Below are positions 27,270 to 41,120 of a stretch of DNA of 64,000 nucleotides, piece after piece. This stretch comes from Octopus bimaculoides (lineage: Eukaryota), in contig NC_068985.1 in the NCBI RefSeq assembly GCF_001194135.2, positions 57,992,376-58,056,375 of the forward strand. The letters are read 5' to 3'. Position numbers and translations under genes: made by a program. Each line of letters opens with the position of its first letter. Positions within the stretch are counted from its first letter, which is position 1. The notes below the pieces were generated by a model. It saw only the letters and a list, made by a program, of their open reading frames with translations. It had not been told where the DNA came from and searched no databases.

Positions 27270-27550
27270 CTTAAATTGGCTTCCTTTGGGTTATAAAAGT
27301 TTGACAAAGTAACTGGGATAATATGTAAAGAGAATTCCAAGCGTCTAAACATCTAAAGACTCTTTGTTTAATGAACTGAAGTCCATTGTACCATATATAT
27401 ATATAGTGGTGTATTCTTTCGTAAAAAAGGGTTTAACAAATTCTTGCTTAACAGCCTGCATAGTTGAGGTGTATAGAGTGATCACAGTTTTGTACTATAC
27501 ATTAAATCAGTTCTTCTATCAATGTGCAGATGCATAGCATCTCTCAAATT
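27270..27550 (-). mobile_element. Possible CR1/L2-type LINE 3' end
   Basis: Minus-strand translation fragments KQEFVKPFFT and RVFRCLDAWNSL resemble the CR1/L2 terminal FF..RV...WNSL motif. Confidence 0.35.
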
Positions 27551-28685
27551 AGTTTTCGAAATGATCATAGCTAAACGTGAAAAAATGCTTTGGTGAAGAA
27601 CAAACACGCATCTCAGTTAGGGAATCCTACGATCGTAAGAGCCTTTCCCTAACCTCTAGGCGACGCGCCTTCATACACGGACATGTACGCATGTACCATA
27701 TATATATATATATATATATANNNNNNNNNNNNNNNNNNNNNNNNNNNNNNNNNNNNNNNNNNNNNNNNNNNNNNNNNNNNNNNNNNNNNNNNNNNNNNNN
27801 NNNNNNNNNNNNNNNNNNNNNNNNNNNNNNNNNNNNNNNNNNNNNNNNNNNNNNNNNNNNNNNNNNNNNNNNNNNNNNNNNNNNNNNNNNNNNNNNNNNN
27901 NNNNNNNNNNNNNNNNNNNNNNNNNNNNNNNNNNNNNNNNNNNNNNNNNNNNNNNNNNNNNNNNNNNNNNNNNNNNNNNNNNNNNNNNNNNNNNNNNNNN
28001 NNNNNNNNNNNNNNNNNNNNNNNNNNNNNNNNNNNNNNNNNNNNNNNNNNNNNNNNNNNNNNNNNNNNNNNNNNNNNNNNNNNNNNNNNNNNNNNNNNNN
28101 NNNNNNNNNNNNNNNNNNNNNNNNNNNNNNNNNNNNNNNNNNNNNNNNNNNNNNNNNNNNNNNNNNNNNNNNNNNNNNNNNNNNNNNNNNNNNNNNNNNN
28201 NNNNNNNNNNNNNNNNNNNNNNNNNNNNNNNNNNNNNNNNNNNNNNNNNNNNNNNNNNNNNNNNNNNNNNNNNNNNNNNNNNNNNNNNNNNNNNNNNNNN
28301 NNNNNNNNNNNNNNNNNNNNNNNNNNNNNNNNNNNNNNNNNNNNNNNNNNNNNNNNNNNNNNNNNNNNNNNNNNNNNNNNNNNNNNNNNNNNNNNNNNNN
28401 NNNNNNNNNNNNNNNNNNNNNNNNNNNNNNNNNNNNNNNNNNNNNNNNNNNNNNNNNNNNNNNNNNNNNNNNNNNNNNNNNNNNNNNNNNNNNNNNNNNN
28501 NNNNNNNNNNNNNNNNNNNNNNNNNNNNNNNNNNNNNNNNNNNNNNNNNNNNNNNNNNNNNNNNNNNNNNNNNNNNNNNNNNNNNNNNNNNNNNNNNNNN
28601 NNNNNNNNNNNNNNNNNNNNNNNNNNNNNNNNNNNNNNNNNNNNNNNNNNNNNNNNNNNNNNNNNNNNNNNNNNNNNNNNNNNNN

Positions 28686-28763
<78 letters not shown>

Positions 28764-28794
28764 GTATATGTATATACATATATACACATATATA

Positions 28795-28980
28795 CGACGG
28801 GTTTCATTCAGTTTCCGACTAAAAAATCGGTTGGTCCGTGGCTATAGTTTCCGTCTACCAAATTGGTCGACCCGAGGCTATAGTGGAAGACACTTGCCCA
28901 AGGTCCCACGTAGTGGGACTGAACCCGAAACCATGTGGTTGGTAAGCAAGATACTTACGACACAGCCACTCCTGCGCCTA
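28795..28980 (-). mobile_element. Family-1 SINE 5' portion
   Basis: Minus-strand head GGCGCAGGAGTGGCTGTGTCGTAAG...GGGTTCAGTCCCACT...CCTTGGGCAAGTGTCTTC. Confidence 0.85.
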
Positions 28981-29025
28981 TATGTAAATATATATAGAGA
29001 TACATCATATGTGTGTGTGTGTATG

Positions 29026-29073
<48 letters not shown>

Positions 29074-30210
29074 AGTGTGTAAATGCGTTTGCGCTAACGT
29101 ACACAACGTATATACCTTATACGAGAAGGAAATCGTGAACTCATCTTCTCGGAGATCTTGGTGACTCAGTGCGAAGGTCAATATTCTTTTTGTAGATTAA
29201 ATTAAAATCATGAAATATAGGGTTCTTAAACCAAAGCAGATGTAACTATGTTTTATCTTACGCTAATATCTGTACATTTGTGTCAGTGTAACCCTCAAAG
29301 TGTAATTAAAATTTCAGGGGAATAAATCATTTTTTAACATTGCTATGAACAAACATATTTGATATGTTTCTGTACATTAAGACATTGAAGGACAATACGC
29401 CTCTCGAGAGAAGGAATTCTCATTTGTTAGTGAGCATCACATTGTATATTTCGGCCGTTACTCAAAGGTCGCTCTAAAATTATATCAGTGAATCAATTGC
29501 AGAATTTCTAGATGTTTTTCATGCAAAAACAGTGAATATTCCTGTTTTAAATGCCTTAAATGACTCTTCTAATATATAGTGACTATATACATAGATATAT
29601 ATTTATACGCACTCACATTCACACACACATACACATATGAATATAGAGAGAGACATATATACAAACATACGTACAAACATACATACATACATACATACAT
29701 AAATATATAAGCATAATGTTTTAAATATATATATTCTTACATATACATGCACAGTTGCGCTCGCGCACACCCACATGTATGCTTATGTGTTTGTATGTCT
29801 ATGTCTATGGAATGCCGAAGTACATGCGCAGTTGTCATTCACCAATCCGATTATCCCTGACGCTCGCACAATTTTCACTCCTCTCGCAATTTATTAAATG
29901 GAATTATAGAAATAATGATTAACTTGGAAATTACAGAGATTAGAAGAAATTATTTCCATCTGTACGAAACAGAAATCCTATGTGAACCAAGGTAAAGTTA
30001 TTAAATATTTAATAACACTTAGAACTTAGAAGTAGTTATTAAAGATCAGATAGTGGTATAACATCACTTTAGTAATATATTATATTGATTAGAAATGAAA
30101 CATCAACATTAATTGAATAGATGTCGATAATCAGTGTATGTCAGGATATTAAGAGTTGACATAACAGTAATGCCCATTAGTATCCCTATAATATAAAGAT
30201 ACATACACAA

Positions 30211-30244
<34 letters not shown>

Positions 30245-30509
30245 CTGTGCGCGCAGGTGTGCATGTGTACATATATTTGCATATAAATTATGCATACATA
30301 CATATGCATATGTACATGTATACTACGTTATCCGAACTGATTAATCTGGATTCTCTGTAATGAGGAAAGCAACTCAAGGTAAAGAACTAAGTGAGCCTAT
30401 CATTCAATGTGTGTGTGCATGTAAATATATGCGTGTATCTACGTGTGTGCACATGTGTGTTTGTGCTTTTATAATATTTATATATGAATTTATATATAAC
30501 ATACATGCA

Positions 30510-30599
<90 letters not shown>

Positions 30600-31627
30600 A
30601 ATGTATGTATGTTTTTTTATATTACAGTTATTATGGCTAACATTCAACAGCGCCATTCGACACACCAATGTATCTACACGTATCCTTCTCAGCCATACTA
30701 TTAATGTTATTTATGTTCACCCATCATCCACAGATTATCTTTCTGTTACTCTTCATGATTCTTAATCACTTAGGATCAGGAATCTACTTCCCCGGACTTC
30801 CTATCTTACTACGACAAGTATTATCCAGTTCTCGGTATAATCTTGAACCATATGATTTATAGGTCACTATTTACGCTCTATTATTTACAAAATGATAATC
30901 GTAATGCTGTGTTTTCAACATCCCTTAAATAATTAACTTGGACATTTGCCGTCATATGTTTCCATTATCTATATCAAAGTATTCATTCCGAGCTATGCAT
31001 GTAGAATACGTTTCGTACATTCCCCCAATCTATACGATTACCGCACCTTTGAAAGAAATGTCATTACATTATTTGACAATTTTATTTCCTTTTGAATGTG
31101 CTCAATGTGATTCTCATTGAGTAAGCCATACGAGAAAGAATCCACTAGAAGTAACGTTGAGTAGATATGGTGTTTTTACTAAACTTACTGTAAGACAGAA
31201 ATTTTTCTTCATCGTAACTGCAGTGAATTTTGCTTTAGAAGTTAAAATATGTTACAAATATATTTTAACTAAGCTAAAGTTCGTTTATTCCTCCTCACTG
31301 CTTAGTAATAATGCAACTATACATATCCAGTTTCGGCGATGGAAAAAAAAGTAACAAAAACGTTGAACTATATATATACATATTTATTAATAGTTTTATA
31401 AGATATTATTTCTATTAATAGTCATCAATGGTGATTAGAGTTTCACATATTATGACACTACTTCAATAAGCTGAGGCAATCAAATGAAATTAGAATATAT
31501 TTGGCTTTCTGAAATTGTTGTAGTTAGAAGTATTCTTGAAGTGTTCTGATCTGATAAGTTATTCATATATTAATTATGACTGATTGAATTCTTCCACAAT
31601 GAGACTGTTCAACACAGTTTATTATAG

Positions 31628-31663
31628 GAATGCATTTACACGTCGTTTCCGACTGGGATTTTA
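31628..31663 (+). CDS. Candidate 36 nt exon ECIYTSFPTGIL
   Basis: tttattatag| ... |gtaagc; phase 0 to 0 fits between the 23221 and 38903 candidates (all three frames are open, so support is weak). Confidence 0.3.
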
Positions 31664-31966
31664 GTAAGCTCAGAAAACTGTCAAAGTTATTCGCTTAAGT
31701 CATTCATTGATCGATTAATTTACTTATTTATTTATTTATTTTATTTACGTATTTATTTATGTATTCATTTTTAGTATTTGCTAAGAATATTAATGAAACA
31801 CCATTACACCATTGTAAATCCTCTAATGAAAATACAATACTGAAAAAGAGGCTATACGGAGGTGGTTTGAAGTGTTATACAATGAGGCGAATATAATTAA
31901 ATTAAATTGTACGATATATACGCTTATGTATAACTATATCTATATCTCTCTCTAACCCTCTCTCTC

Positions 31967-32006
<40 letters not shown>

Positions 32007-35000
32007 NNNNNNNNNNNNNNNNNNNNNNNNNNNNNNNNNNNNNNNNNNNNNNNNNNNNNNNNNNNNNNNNNNNNNNNNNNNNNNNNNNNNNNNNNNNNNN
32101 NNNNNNNNNNNNNNNNNNNNNNNNNNNNNNNNNNNNNNNNNNNNNNNNNNNNNNNNNNNNNNNNNNNNNNNNNNNNNNNNNNNNNNNNNNNNNNNNNNNN
32201 NNNNNNNNNNNNNNNNNNNNNNNNNNNNNNNNNNNNNNNNNNNNNNNNNNNNNNNNNNNNNNNNNNNNNNNNNNNNNNNNNNNNNNNNNNNNNNNNNNNN
32301 NNNNNNNNNNNNNNNNNNNNNNNNNNNNNNNNNNNNNNNNNNNNNNNNNNNNNTATATGTATGTATGTATGTATGTATACATGCATACATGCAACACGCA
32401 AACGGACGCACACTCATGTATATATAAGTATATATGACATAGTCTGAAATTTTGATGCGAAGCAAATATGAATCCATCCTTCTCACGCACCATAAATTTA
32501 CGCCCACAATATTCCGACCCAAAGTAAACTCACGGCTCCAAAAATTAGTCCATATATTCAATCTTTTGCTAAAGGAATACACTCACACACACACACTCAT
32601 ACATGCTTACACATACACACTCACACACACGAGTAAATATACAAAAGTATTTACAAACTAATAAAAACACACTTTGCTCCCAATTCATACAATCAAACCC
32701 ATACAGCCGTACATCACTAATGTACTTATTTCAAACAATAAGTTTTAATGAAGTAAACAATCATAGTTTATTAGGTTAAAAGTGATATTTATAACCCATT
32801 TCCAAAGATGCCACCTAATAAAAGAGTCATAAACTATTATTGACCAAATGTTACTCATCCATAAACAAACATAAGAGACCATATGACCTAATCATTACAA
32901 AAAAGCTCTTATCACAAAGTCGCACAAAGATACGTAAGATATCTGTATAAAAAAAGACAACATACAAATTGAAACTTTCATTCCTGATAACAACGGTAGG
33001 CCAAGAACATTCGCAAATATCTTTCACAACCGGTATATCAATTACTGTAGCAGAGATTCCTGCATAGGTGCAGGTGTACTTATCAACGGCATTGTTGCGA
33101 GTTTCAGTGTCTTCTGCAACAGACTTGGGCCGTCCAAAGCCTTCCGTATATATGCTTTGATATTTGAATGACTTTTTGGGGAGACTGACTGATGTTATGT
33201 AGTTATTTTTGGCAATTAAAAAAAATTTCATGTATATATTTCATTAGTACTTATTGGTTATAATTATAGCAGTCTAGTTAATGATGATTTTATTTGTCTT
33301 CTGTTGGATTGTGATCTGGCTGTAGTTGTGTGTATCTGTTAGGTAGAACTTGTAATGGACGTAGTTGTGACATTGGTGCCACTGAAATTAGTGGTGAGAG
33401 TAAAATGTTGATGTTGTTGAAAGTACTGGAGTAATTGCTATTGGAAGAGGCACTTTTGTATTGTATCCTTCCCCAGTTGTTCATATCTGCAGATGTGTAT
33501 GTACGTGTGGCCCTTTTATTATCTGAGTTGTCAGTATGAAGAAAAGATTTGCTGACAAATACTTATCTGGTTTTGAGAGGGGTTTATCACCATCTATTGA
33601 GAGCGTCTTCCTTTCGTTTTTCTATTCATCCTTCTGTATACGCTATGTACATAGCTTTAATTGATGTGCATATACAGTCGCAGTTAATGTGTGCATTTTG
33701 TCGTAATTATTATTTATATAACTCCCCAAACAATGTGCTTATATTGTTACTGTTAAGGTGCACTGTATCGTTCCAATTAATGCATTTATATAGCTAATAT
33801 TAAACAGTATATATAAATGCAATCGATGTTCATATATTGTTCCAACTTATGTGCTTATACACAGTCGCAATTGCTGCATATATAGAGACGTTTAAAATGT
33901 ATGTATAGCCGCAATAAAAGTATATATACAGAGACGCAATGAATGATTTCATTGAATAACAAAACTCTGATGTGGTAGAGTAGTTTGTAGACCGCAAAAT
34001 ATGGCTTGTAATGATTGCTTTTATTCTGTGTTTCTATGATACTGATGTCATCTTTGTACATGCCATTCGTACGTCAATATAATATATTTATGCCACATGA
34101 ATTTAGAAACTTCGAGAGAACTTGAAAGAAATCGTTTTTATTGGTAGAATTCTCATTAGAAAACTAGGCTGCCTGTAGGTTTAGAATTTATCCTTCGTCT
34201 TTTTGTATTACCAGATCATTTAATCTAATATCTTTATGTTATTATTTTTGTTTCATCTATTTGCATTCAATAAACTGCCAGTTAATTGCTGGGGCCAGTC
34301 TGTAAGATATTTGGAAGCAATTATTGCGGCTACAGAAGAAATTGGTTAGAGTGAGTGGAACTATATGATGCATGTGACTGTAGATCGGAGAGCAGCTAAG
34401 AAGGGGCAGGTTTAATCTTTGTTCACAAAGTGATACTGGTTCTGTGGAGACTCTTTCTTGTCCTATTTAGATCCCTATTTGGATATGCAGAATGAATGTA
34501 TATCGACATAATACTAGTCGATATAAATACTGGTTGCTTACTTGAAATCTGCTGTCAAGCTTTTGGAGACAGAGGGGGAGAAAAATACAAGGCTGACACA
34601 GAAAGAGCTAACACAAAAAGTGTAGGTGCGCCCAAATACTAGATTTCGTGGTAGGAGCAAGAGAGAGAAAATGACACAGTTGCTATGGAAAGTGTTTTAC
34701 AAATGAGAAATTTCACTTCTTTAATTTGGCTTTCAAGTAATGAATATTCTTTTGAAAACTAACATGCATTTCATTCATTTTATATAAGCATCAACAAATT
34801 CGATACAATTTAAATTATAAATGATCGTATGTATGCCATCAGACATCTTTCATGGCGGTAAAAGTAAACACCCGAAATTACCTGTCGTATAATAACACAA
34901 TAACCTTTCAACATTACCAGTACTATGTATATTTTACATATCATTTCTCCATTTTCCCCAAGAGTTATTTGCAGCTCTCATCAAATTGACGTTTGTATAA

Positions 35001-35509
35001 GTAGCAATAAGCAAGTATAAACATGATAGATATATCGTTCTAATGCTTCGCTCCTACTACTTGTTTATTAATTGAAAACAGCGTTTCTGCTTTTCATGCT
35101 GTCGACATCAGTGCATTGACTTGCACTGCCCACATAATGATATTTGTTTGATGCCCTTGTTGGCAGTAAAAACGTTTCTATTTTCTGTTCTAGAGCTTTT
35201 AGATTGCATTCATTGTAATTTTAGTCCCGATAGTTTATACTTCTTTGGGCTTCATATTATATAGGCTTATGGTGGATTTACAACAGAACTTTGCTGCTAC
35301 TAACATGAAGAAAAATATCCTCTTATGGTACCCTTAAATTGTAATATTTTCTATAATTTCTTATTCATGATCGGCAAAAGTGAAACAAGTTAACTATGTA
35401 AGTATGTTTTCTCAGAAAACAGAATATATATTCTGTGCATTTTCCTTCTTATGTTTTCCTACATATCTCACAACGTGGAAGGATACAATAAATCCAACGA
35501 AGCTTTTCG

Positions 35510-35547
<38 letters not shown>

Positions 35548-35550
<3 letters not shown>

Positions 35551-36929
35551 CTATATATAAAACAGAGATGTGTGTGTAATCGCTTTTCACTTGAAATCGA
35601 CTTTACCAAATGCTTCCATACTTGTGATGCGTGAATAATTTAACCTCGGATAAATCTTCATTTGATTTTTTTAATTAAAAATAAATAATATTGCTTTATA
35701 TTTAAGATTCACTTCTTTAAAAGGTTCCTCAATGTCAACTTCCGTTATTGACGTAACAACGGCAAAAAAGCTTCACTCTCTATTTTGTGTGTGAGTGTGT
35801 GTGTTCGTGGGTATGAGAAAGAGAGAGAGAGAGAGTAAATATTACATACACACCGCTCTCTCACTCTGTCTCACACACATACTCACGAACACACACACCC
35901 CTTCATTCACTTACACTCTGTCTTTTACAAACACACACATACATAAATGTATACAAACATATTTACAAAGACACAAGTGAATGCGCGCGCGTGCGTGTTT
36001 GTAAGAGACAGAGTGTGAGTGAGTCAAGGGCTGTGTTGTCAAATGCATACATCCAAAGATGTATGTATATTTATGCATGTACATATACATGACAACAAAC
36101 CTCTCTCTCTCACTCACACTCTGTGTCTCTTACAAACACACACATACATAAATGTATACAAACATATTTACAAAGACACACGTGTGTATGCGCGCGCGTG
36201 TGCTACGGTATTGACGTAACCGGCAAAAAGCTTCACTCTATATTTTGTGTGTGAGTGTGTGTGTTCGTGTGTATGAGAGAGAGAGAGAGTAAACACTACA
36301 TACACACCGCTCTCTCACTCTGTCTCACATACATACACACGCACACACACACCCCTTCACTCACACACACTCTGTCTCTTACAAACGAACACATACATAA
36401 ATGTATACAGACATATTTACATCGACACACGTGTATGCGCGCGCGTGCGTGTTTGTAAGAGAGAGTGTGAGTGAGTCCAGATCTGTGTTGTCATAAGCAT
36501 ACATCCAAAGATGTATGTATGTTTATGCATGTACGTATACATGACACCAAACCTCTCTCTCTCACTCACACTCTGTCTCTTACAAACACACACGTACATA
36601 AATGTATACAAACATATTTACAAAGACACACGTGTGTATGTGCGTGCGTGGGGGGTTCCACAATCGGTATTTATTTCAATTACTCTTGTGAGGATATTCA
36701 CGTAAATCATTTCTTTCATTTAATCTCCATTTAAATTTTCGTAAAAGTACCAATGAGGCTTTTTAGCACATCTTCAATTTTCCCCATTCATGAGAGGCGC
36801 CCAGCCATCATTCAACTGAGAGTCCATCTACAGAATGTCCTCAAATTTCTATACAGCATATCTTGCCTTTTTTTCTTCACGTATATAAGCAACAATTTCA
36901 TTCCCGAGCAACGCCGGGTGCCTCTGCTA

Positions 36930-36930
<1 letters not shown>
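35548..36930 (+). mobile_element. Complete non-autonomous Helitron (about 1.4 kb) with internal tandem and inverted repeats
   Basis: 5' ATACTATATATAAAACAGAGATGTGTGTGT (start approximate); two units of 463 bp period starting TATTGACGTAAC (35746, 36209); 3' hairpin CCCGAGCAACGCCGGG and CTAG|T at 36927-31. Confidence 0.75.
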
Positions 36931-36961
<31 letters not shown>

Positions 36962-37732
36962 NNNNNNNNNNNNNNNNNNNNNNNNNNNNNNNNNNNNNNN
37001 NNNNNNNNNNNNNNNNNNNNNNNNNNNNNNNNNNNNNNNNNNNNNNNNNNNNNNNNNNNNNNNNNNNNNNNNNNNNNNNNNNNNNNNNNNNNNNNNNNNN
37101 NNNNNNNNNNNNNNNNNNNNNNNNNNNNNNNNNNNNNNNNNNNNNNNNNNNNNNNNNNNNNNNNNNNNNNNNNNNNNNNNNNNNNNNNNNNNNNNNNNNN
37201 NNNNNNNNNNNNNNNNNNNNNNNNNNNNNNNNNNNNNNNNNNNNNNNNNNNNNNNNNNNNNNNNNNNNNNNNNNNNNNNNNNNNNNNNNNNNNNNNNNNN
37301 NNNNNNNNNNNNNNNNNNNNNNNNNNNNNNNNNNNNNNNNNNNNNNNNNNNNNNNNNNNNNNNNNNNNNNNNNNNNNNNNNNNNNNNNNNNNNNNNNNNN
37401 NNNNNNNNNNNNNNNNNNNNNNNNNNNNNNNNNNNNNNNNNNNNNNNNNNNNNNNNNNNNNNNNNNNNNNNNNNNNNNNNNNNNNNNNNNNNNNNNNNNN
37501 NNNNNNNNNNNNNNNNNNNNNNNNNNNNNNNNNNNNNNNNNNNNNNNNNNNNNNNNNNNNATATATATGGGGGGGGTCTCGCGCGTGTGTATATGTATGT
37601 ATGTAAATGCATAAGTATATGTATACGTAATTAGAAGCGAAAAGTATGATTCAATGAAATGTTTTCAAAAGTTCTGAAATAGAAAAGGGTTGTGGTATCT
37701 TGGGCAAAGTCTATAAGCATATATAAATATAT

Positions 37733-38090
37733 AGGCGCAGGCGTGGCTGTGTAGTACCTTGGGCAAGTGTCTTCTGCCATAGCTTCGGGCCAACCAAAGA
37801 CTTGTGAGTGGATTTGGTAGACGAAACTGACAGAAGCCCGTCGTATACACACACACATATGTGTTTGTATATGTTTGTGTGTCTGTGTTTGTCGATTGAT
37901 ACCCGATGTTGAGGTTTTTTACGTTTCCGTAACCTAGCGGCCCGGAAAATGAGATGATACAATAAATACTAGGCTTACAATGAATAAATCGTCGTTTCGA
38001 TTTGTTCGACTAAAGGCGGTGATATTCCATGGCCGCACTCAAATGGCTGATGCAAGTAAACGAATAAATGTATAAAGTTGGGTTCAAATG
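37733..38090 (+). mobile_element. Family-1 SINE with internal deletion of the B-box region
   Basis: GGCGCAGGCGTGGCTGTGTAG joined directly to TACCTTGGGCAAGTGTCTTC; body, TG tract and 3' tail present. Confidence 0.8.
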
Positions 38091-38902
38091 TCGACGAGAT
38101 GAAAATTCTATTTCATCTGTTTGGGGGAATATGAAACTACCGCTATCCATCCTTCAAGAATCTGTTGATAGGCGAACTGATACAACGTTTTGATTAGTTG
38201 TTGTGCTGTGACGTTTTCGGTTCTTTTTATTGTAAAGGTCACTGATACGAAGCTGCGTAGATATCAACCTTCTCTTGGTTATCAATTATAGCTTGGCGAC
38301 GATAGACTTACATATGTGTCTCCCAAAATCCATGGTCAATCGTACTGTTTGCAAACCTCATCTATCCTTGAGACAATTTCTCTATAGGCTCCGAATGCCA
38401 TGACGTCTTTTGCAACAACATATTTATAGTCTATTTTATATCATCAATTATCATGTTGAAAAACGCGCAATATTTTTTATGATAGTACATAGTGAGTTGC
38501 ATGATATTCTATAATTATACAGAAGAATACAATGAATTGGGCTGAAAATAACGCGTGATCCTCACAGTTTTATTTTGATAAGGAAAATCTAAATGCATTG
38601 TTTTCTCGCCAAATTTTATTTCTTCTTACATTGATAATTTTTCCTTTTATTATTCTTATTCGACGAATAAACATGTAAATTAACGTTTAAATAAGTAAGA
38701 GAATTTATTATCAGCAATTTATTGTGAAATGATATTTATATTAATTTACAATGGATTCCATTATTCTTATGGTTTACTCATTTATTCGATGTGAAAAACA
38801 ATATCGATTTTGATGAAATTTTTAATACCACATTCAAGTATACTATGATAATACACAATACTCTAAACAATACATTCAATTACTTTTAACTTTTCTTTTC
38901 AG

Positions 38903-38957
38903 GTAAATGTCTTCCACCTTGGTTTTGGTAAAGATAATAAAGATATCAACAAAAAAG
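38903..38957 (+). CDS. Candidate 55 nt exon VNVFHLGFGKDNKDINKK(G), or recursive splice site
   Basis: Strong acceptor ttacttttaacttttcttttcag|, downstream donor AAG|gtatat, phase 0 to 1; the exon start GTAAAT is itself donor-like. Confidence 0.4.
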
Positions 38958-39070
38958 GTATATAACACGATTGCTCTGCAATGAATTGTATATTATTGTT
39001 TTTAAAACATAAATTTTAAGCAAAATAATTGTCATTTTAAAAAATAATCATGAAGGAGGGGATCACTAAT

Positions 39071-39128
<58 letters not shown>

Positions 39129-39404
39129 CTAGTTATGCATACTTATGTTTATATATCTAAACTTCATCGATTGGTTTAAATGTACATGAAGCTGTTAACT
39201 AAAATGAATTAATTCTTATACTTAAAGCCATACATTCATATGTTGACACTCATCATATATGTATGAATATGTATGTAAGCGTGTGTGAGTTAACAAATAT
39301 ATGAGCATACACACACATGCCACACACACACACACACACACATAAATATGTGTATGTAAATATATATATATATGTGTGTGTGTATGTATGTATGTATGTA
39401 TGCA

Positions 39405-39450
<46 letters not shown>

Positions 39451-40679
39451 NNNNNNNNNNNNNNNNNNNNNNNNNNNNNNNNNNNNNNNNNNNNNNNNNN
39501 NNNNNNNNNNNNNNNNNNNNNNNNNNNNNNNNNNNNNNNNNNNNNNNNNNNNNNNNNNNNNNNNNNNNNNNNNNNNNNNNNNNNNNNNNNNNNNNNNNNN
39601 NNNNNNNNNNNNNNNNNNNNNNNNNNNNNNNNNNNNNNNNNNNNNNNNNNNNNNNNNNNNNNNNNNNNNNNNNNNNNNNNNNNNNNNNNNNNNNNNNNNN
39701 NNNNNNNNNNNNNNNNNNNNNNNNNNNNNNNNNNNNNNNNNNNNNNNNNNNNNNNNNNNNNNNNNNNNNNNNNNNNNNNNNNNNNNNNNNNNNNNNNNNN
39801 NNNNNNNNNNNNNNNNNNNNNNNNATATATATATATATGTATATGTATATATATATATGCGTGTGTGTGCGTATATTTATCTATGTATGCATGTATGTAT
39901 TTAAGTATTCTATTCTTTCTTATTTGTTGGAAATATTCTACTTAATGATGAACATCTAACTACGCAATACTACGCAACATACCTTTGATATCTGTGTTCT
40001 GAGGAGGAGAGCTATTTTACGAAACTTAGCAGCCTAATTAATGCATTGCAGTGTAACGATAGACTCGTTCATTGAGTAGGCTCACACCTTATTCACCTCA
40101 TCATTCACGAGTAGTTTTTCTAATGAGTAAAGTTACATTACACTAATTATTTTGAGTTAATAAATATGAACCAACGTATCCTCAGACATTTCTAACAAAT
40201 AGCAGTCAATTTTTTTGTACGTCATATATTTAATTTAAGGTCACTTCAAGAAAGACATTTTGTGATACAAAAAAAAAGAAGAGTAACACCGTGGTACATA
40301 TTGATCCACACTAACCTGTAGTAATACTTTATCCATAGTAACAACATTTAAATAATTTCCTTCAATGAGAATTAGATTCAAAATAGAAACTAGAAAACCC
40401 AAGAAGCGTGTACGAACAGTAACATGCTGAGGTGCATGTATGCAGTACACTATCAAATTCACCAGCTAGAGAAAGTTCATTTTATTTATACATAATATGG
40501 ATAATTAAAATATACAATATAAACATCATATCATAAATATATCATTAAGAAAACTCGTGAAAACTTACTATGAAGATGACTTCATATCACTTAAAATTTT
40601 ATATTTATTCAGTTACTATATTCAATAAGGCGAAATGCTAGCACGACAGTCAAGCGATAACATATAACAAATGCTTTGT

Positions 40680-41120
40680 AAGCATTCGTTATATCTGCCA
40701 AGCCTTTCAGGGATAGTTTTCTCTAAGCTCATTTCTAGATGAGATTAGCTACCCTGCTCTTCACGTCTTCTCAGTTTTGCCCCTTGAGATCTTGTCCAAA
40801 CCACACCCCGCGCAATTTAATCAGACCCTCAGTCCAGCATTCTGTAATCTCACGACGTTGTTCGATGTCATGAGCTTTCCCTTCCAGGTATCGAGTTTCA
40901 CAGAATTTTATTGGTTAATTTTTGCTTGTGCCTCTGCTTCGTAGGACTGGTGTTCGACTCTATGGGGTTGGCGACGTCTGCGTACGCCGACACGGTTCAC
41001 TCACGTCCTATTTTGCGCGGGATGCCCCTTAACGCTTCCAATTTCCGAAGTAGTGGCTCTAAAGCCAGTACATACAGACAAGTCTTCCTAAGCTGCAAAT
41101 ATCCCTATACTTGACCAAAT
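40680..41120 (-). mobile_element. Tx1/L1-clade reverse transcriptase fragment
   Basis: LYVLALEPLLRKLEALRGIP...VSAYADV; downstream frameshifted GVWFG and RKLSLKG-like motifs. Confidence 0.8.

Noticed and set aside
34499-34525. 9 bp inverted repeat TATATCGAC/GTCGATATA
   Set aside because: Short, AT-rich and single; expected by chance at this scale.
35746-36650. CRISPR-like or regularly spaced repeat array
   Set aside because: Eukaryotic context; the units are long tandem duplications without unique spacers.
39999-40040. CTGAGGA...GAAAC hammerhead-like words
   Set aside because: No stem II beyond one pair, no stem III/NUH and no stem I.
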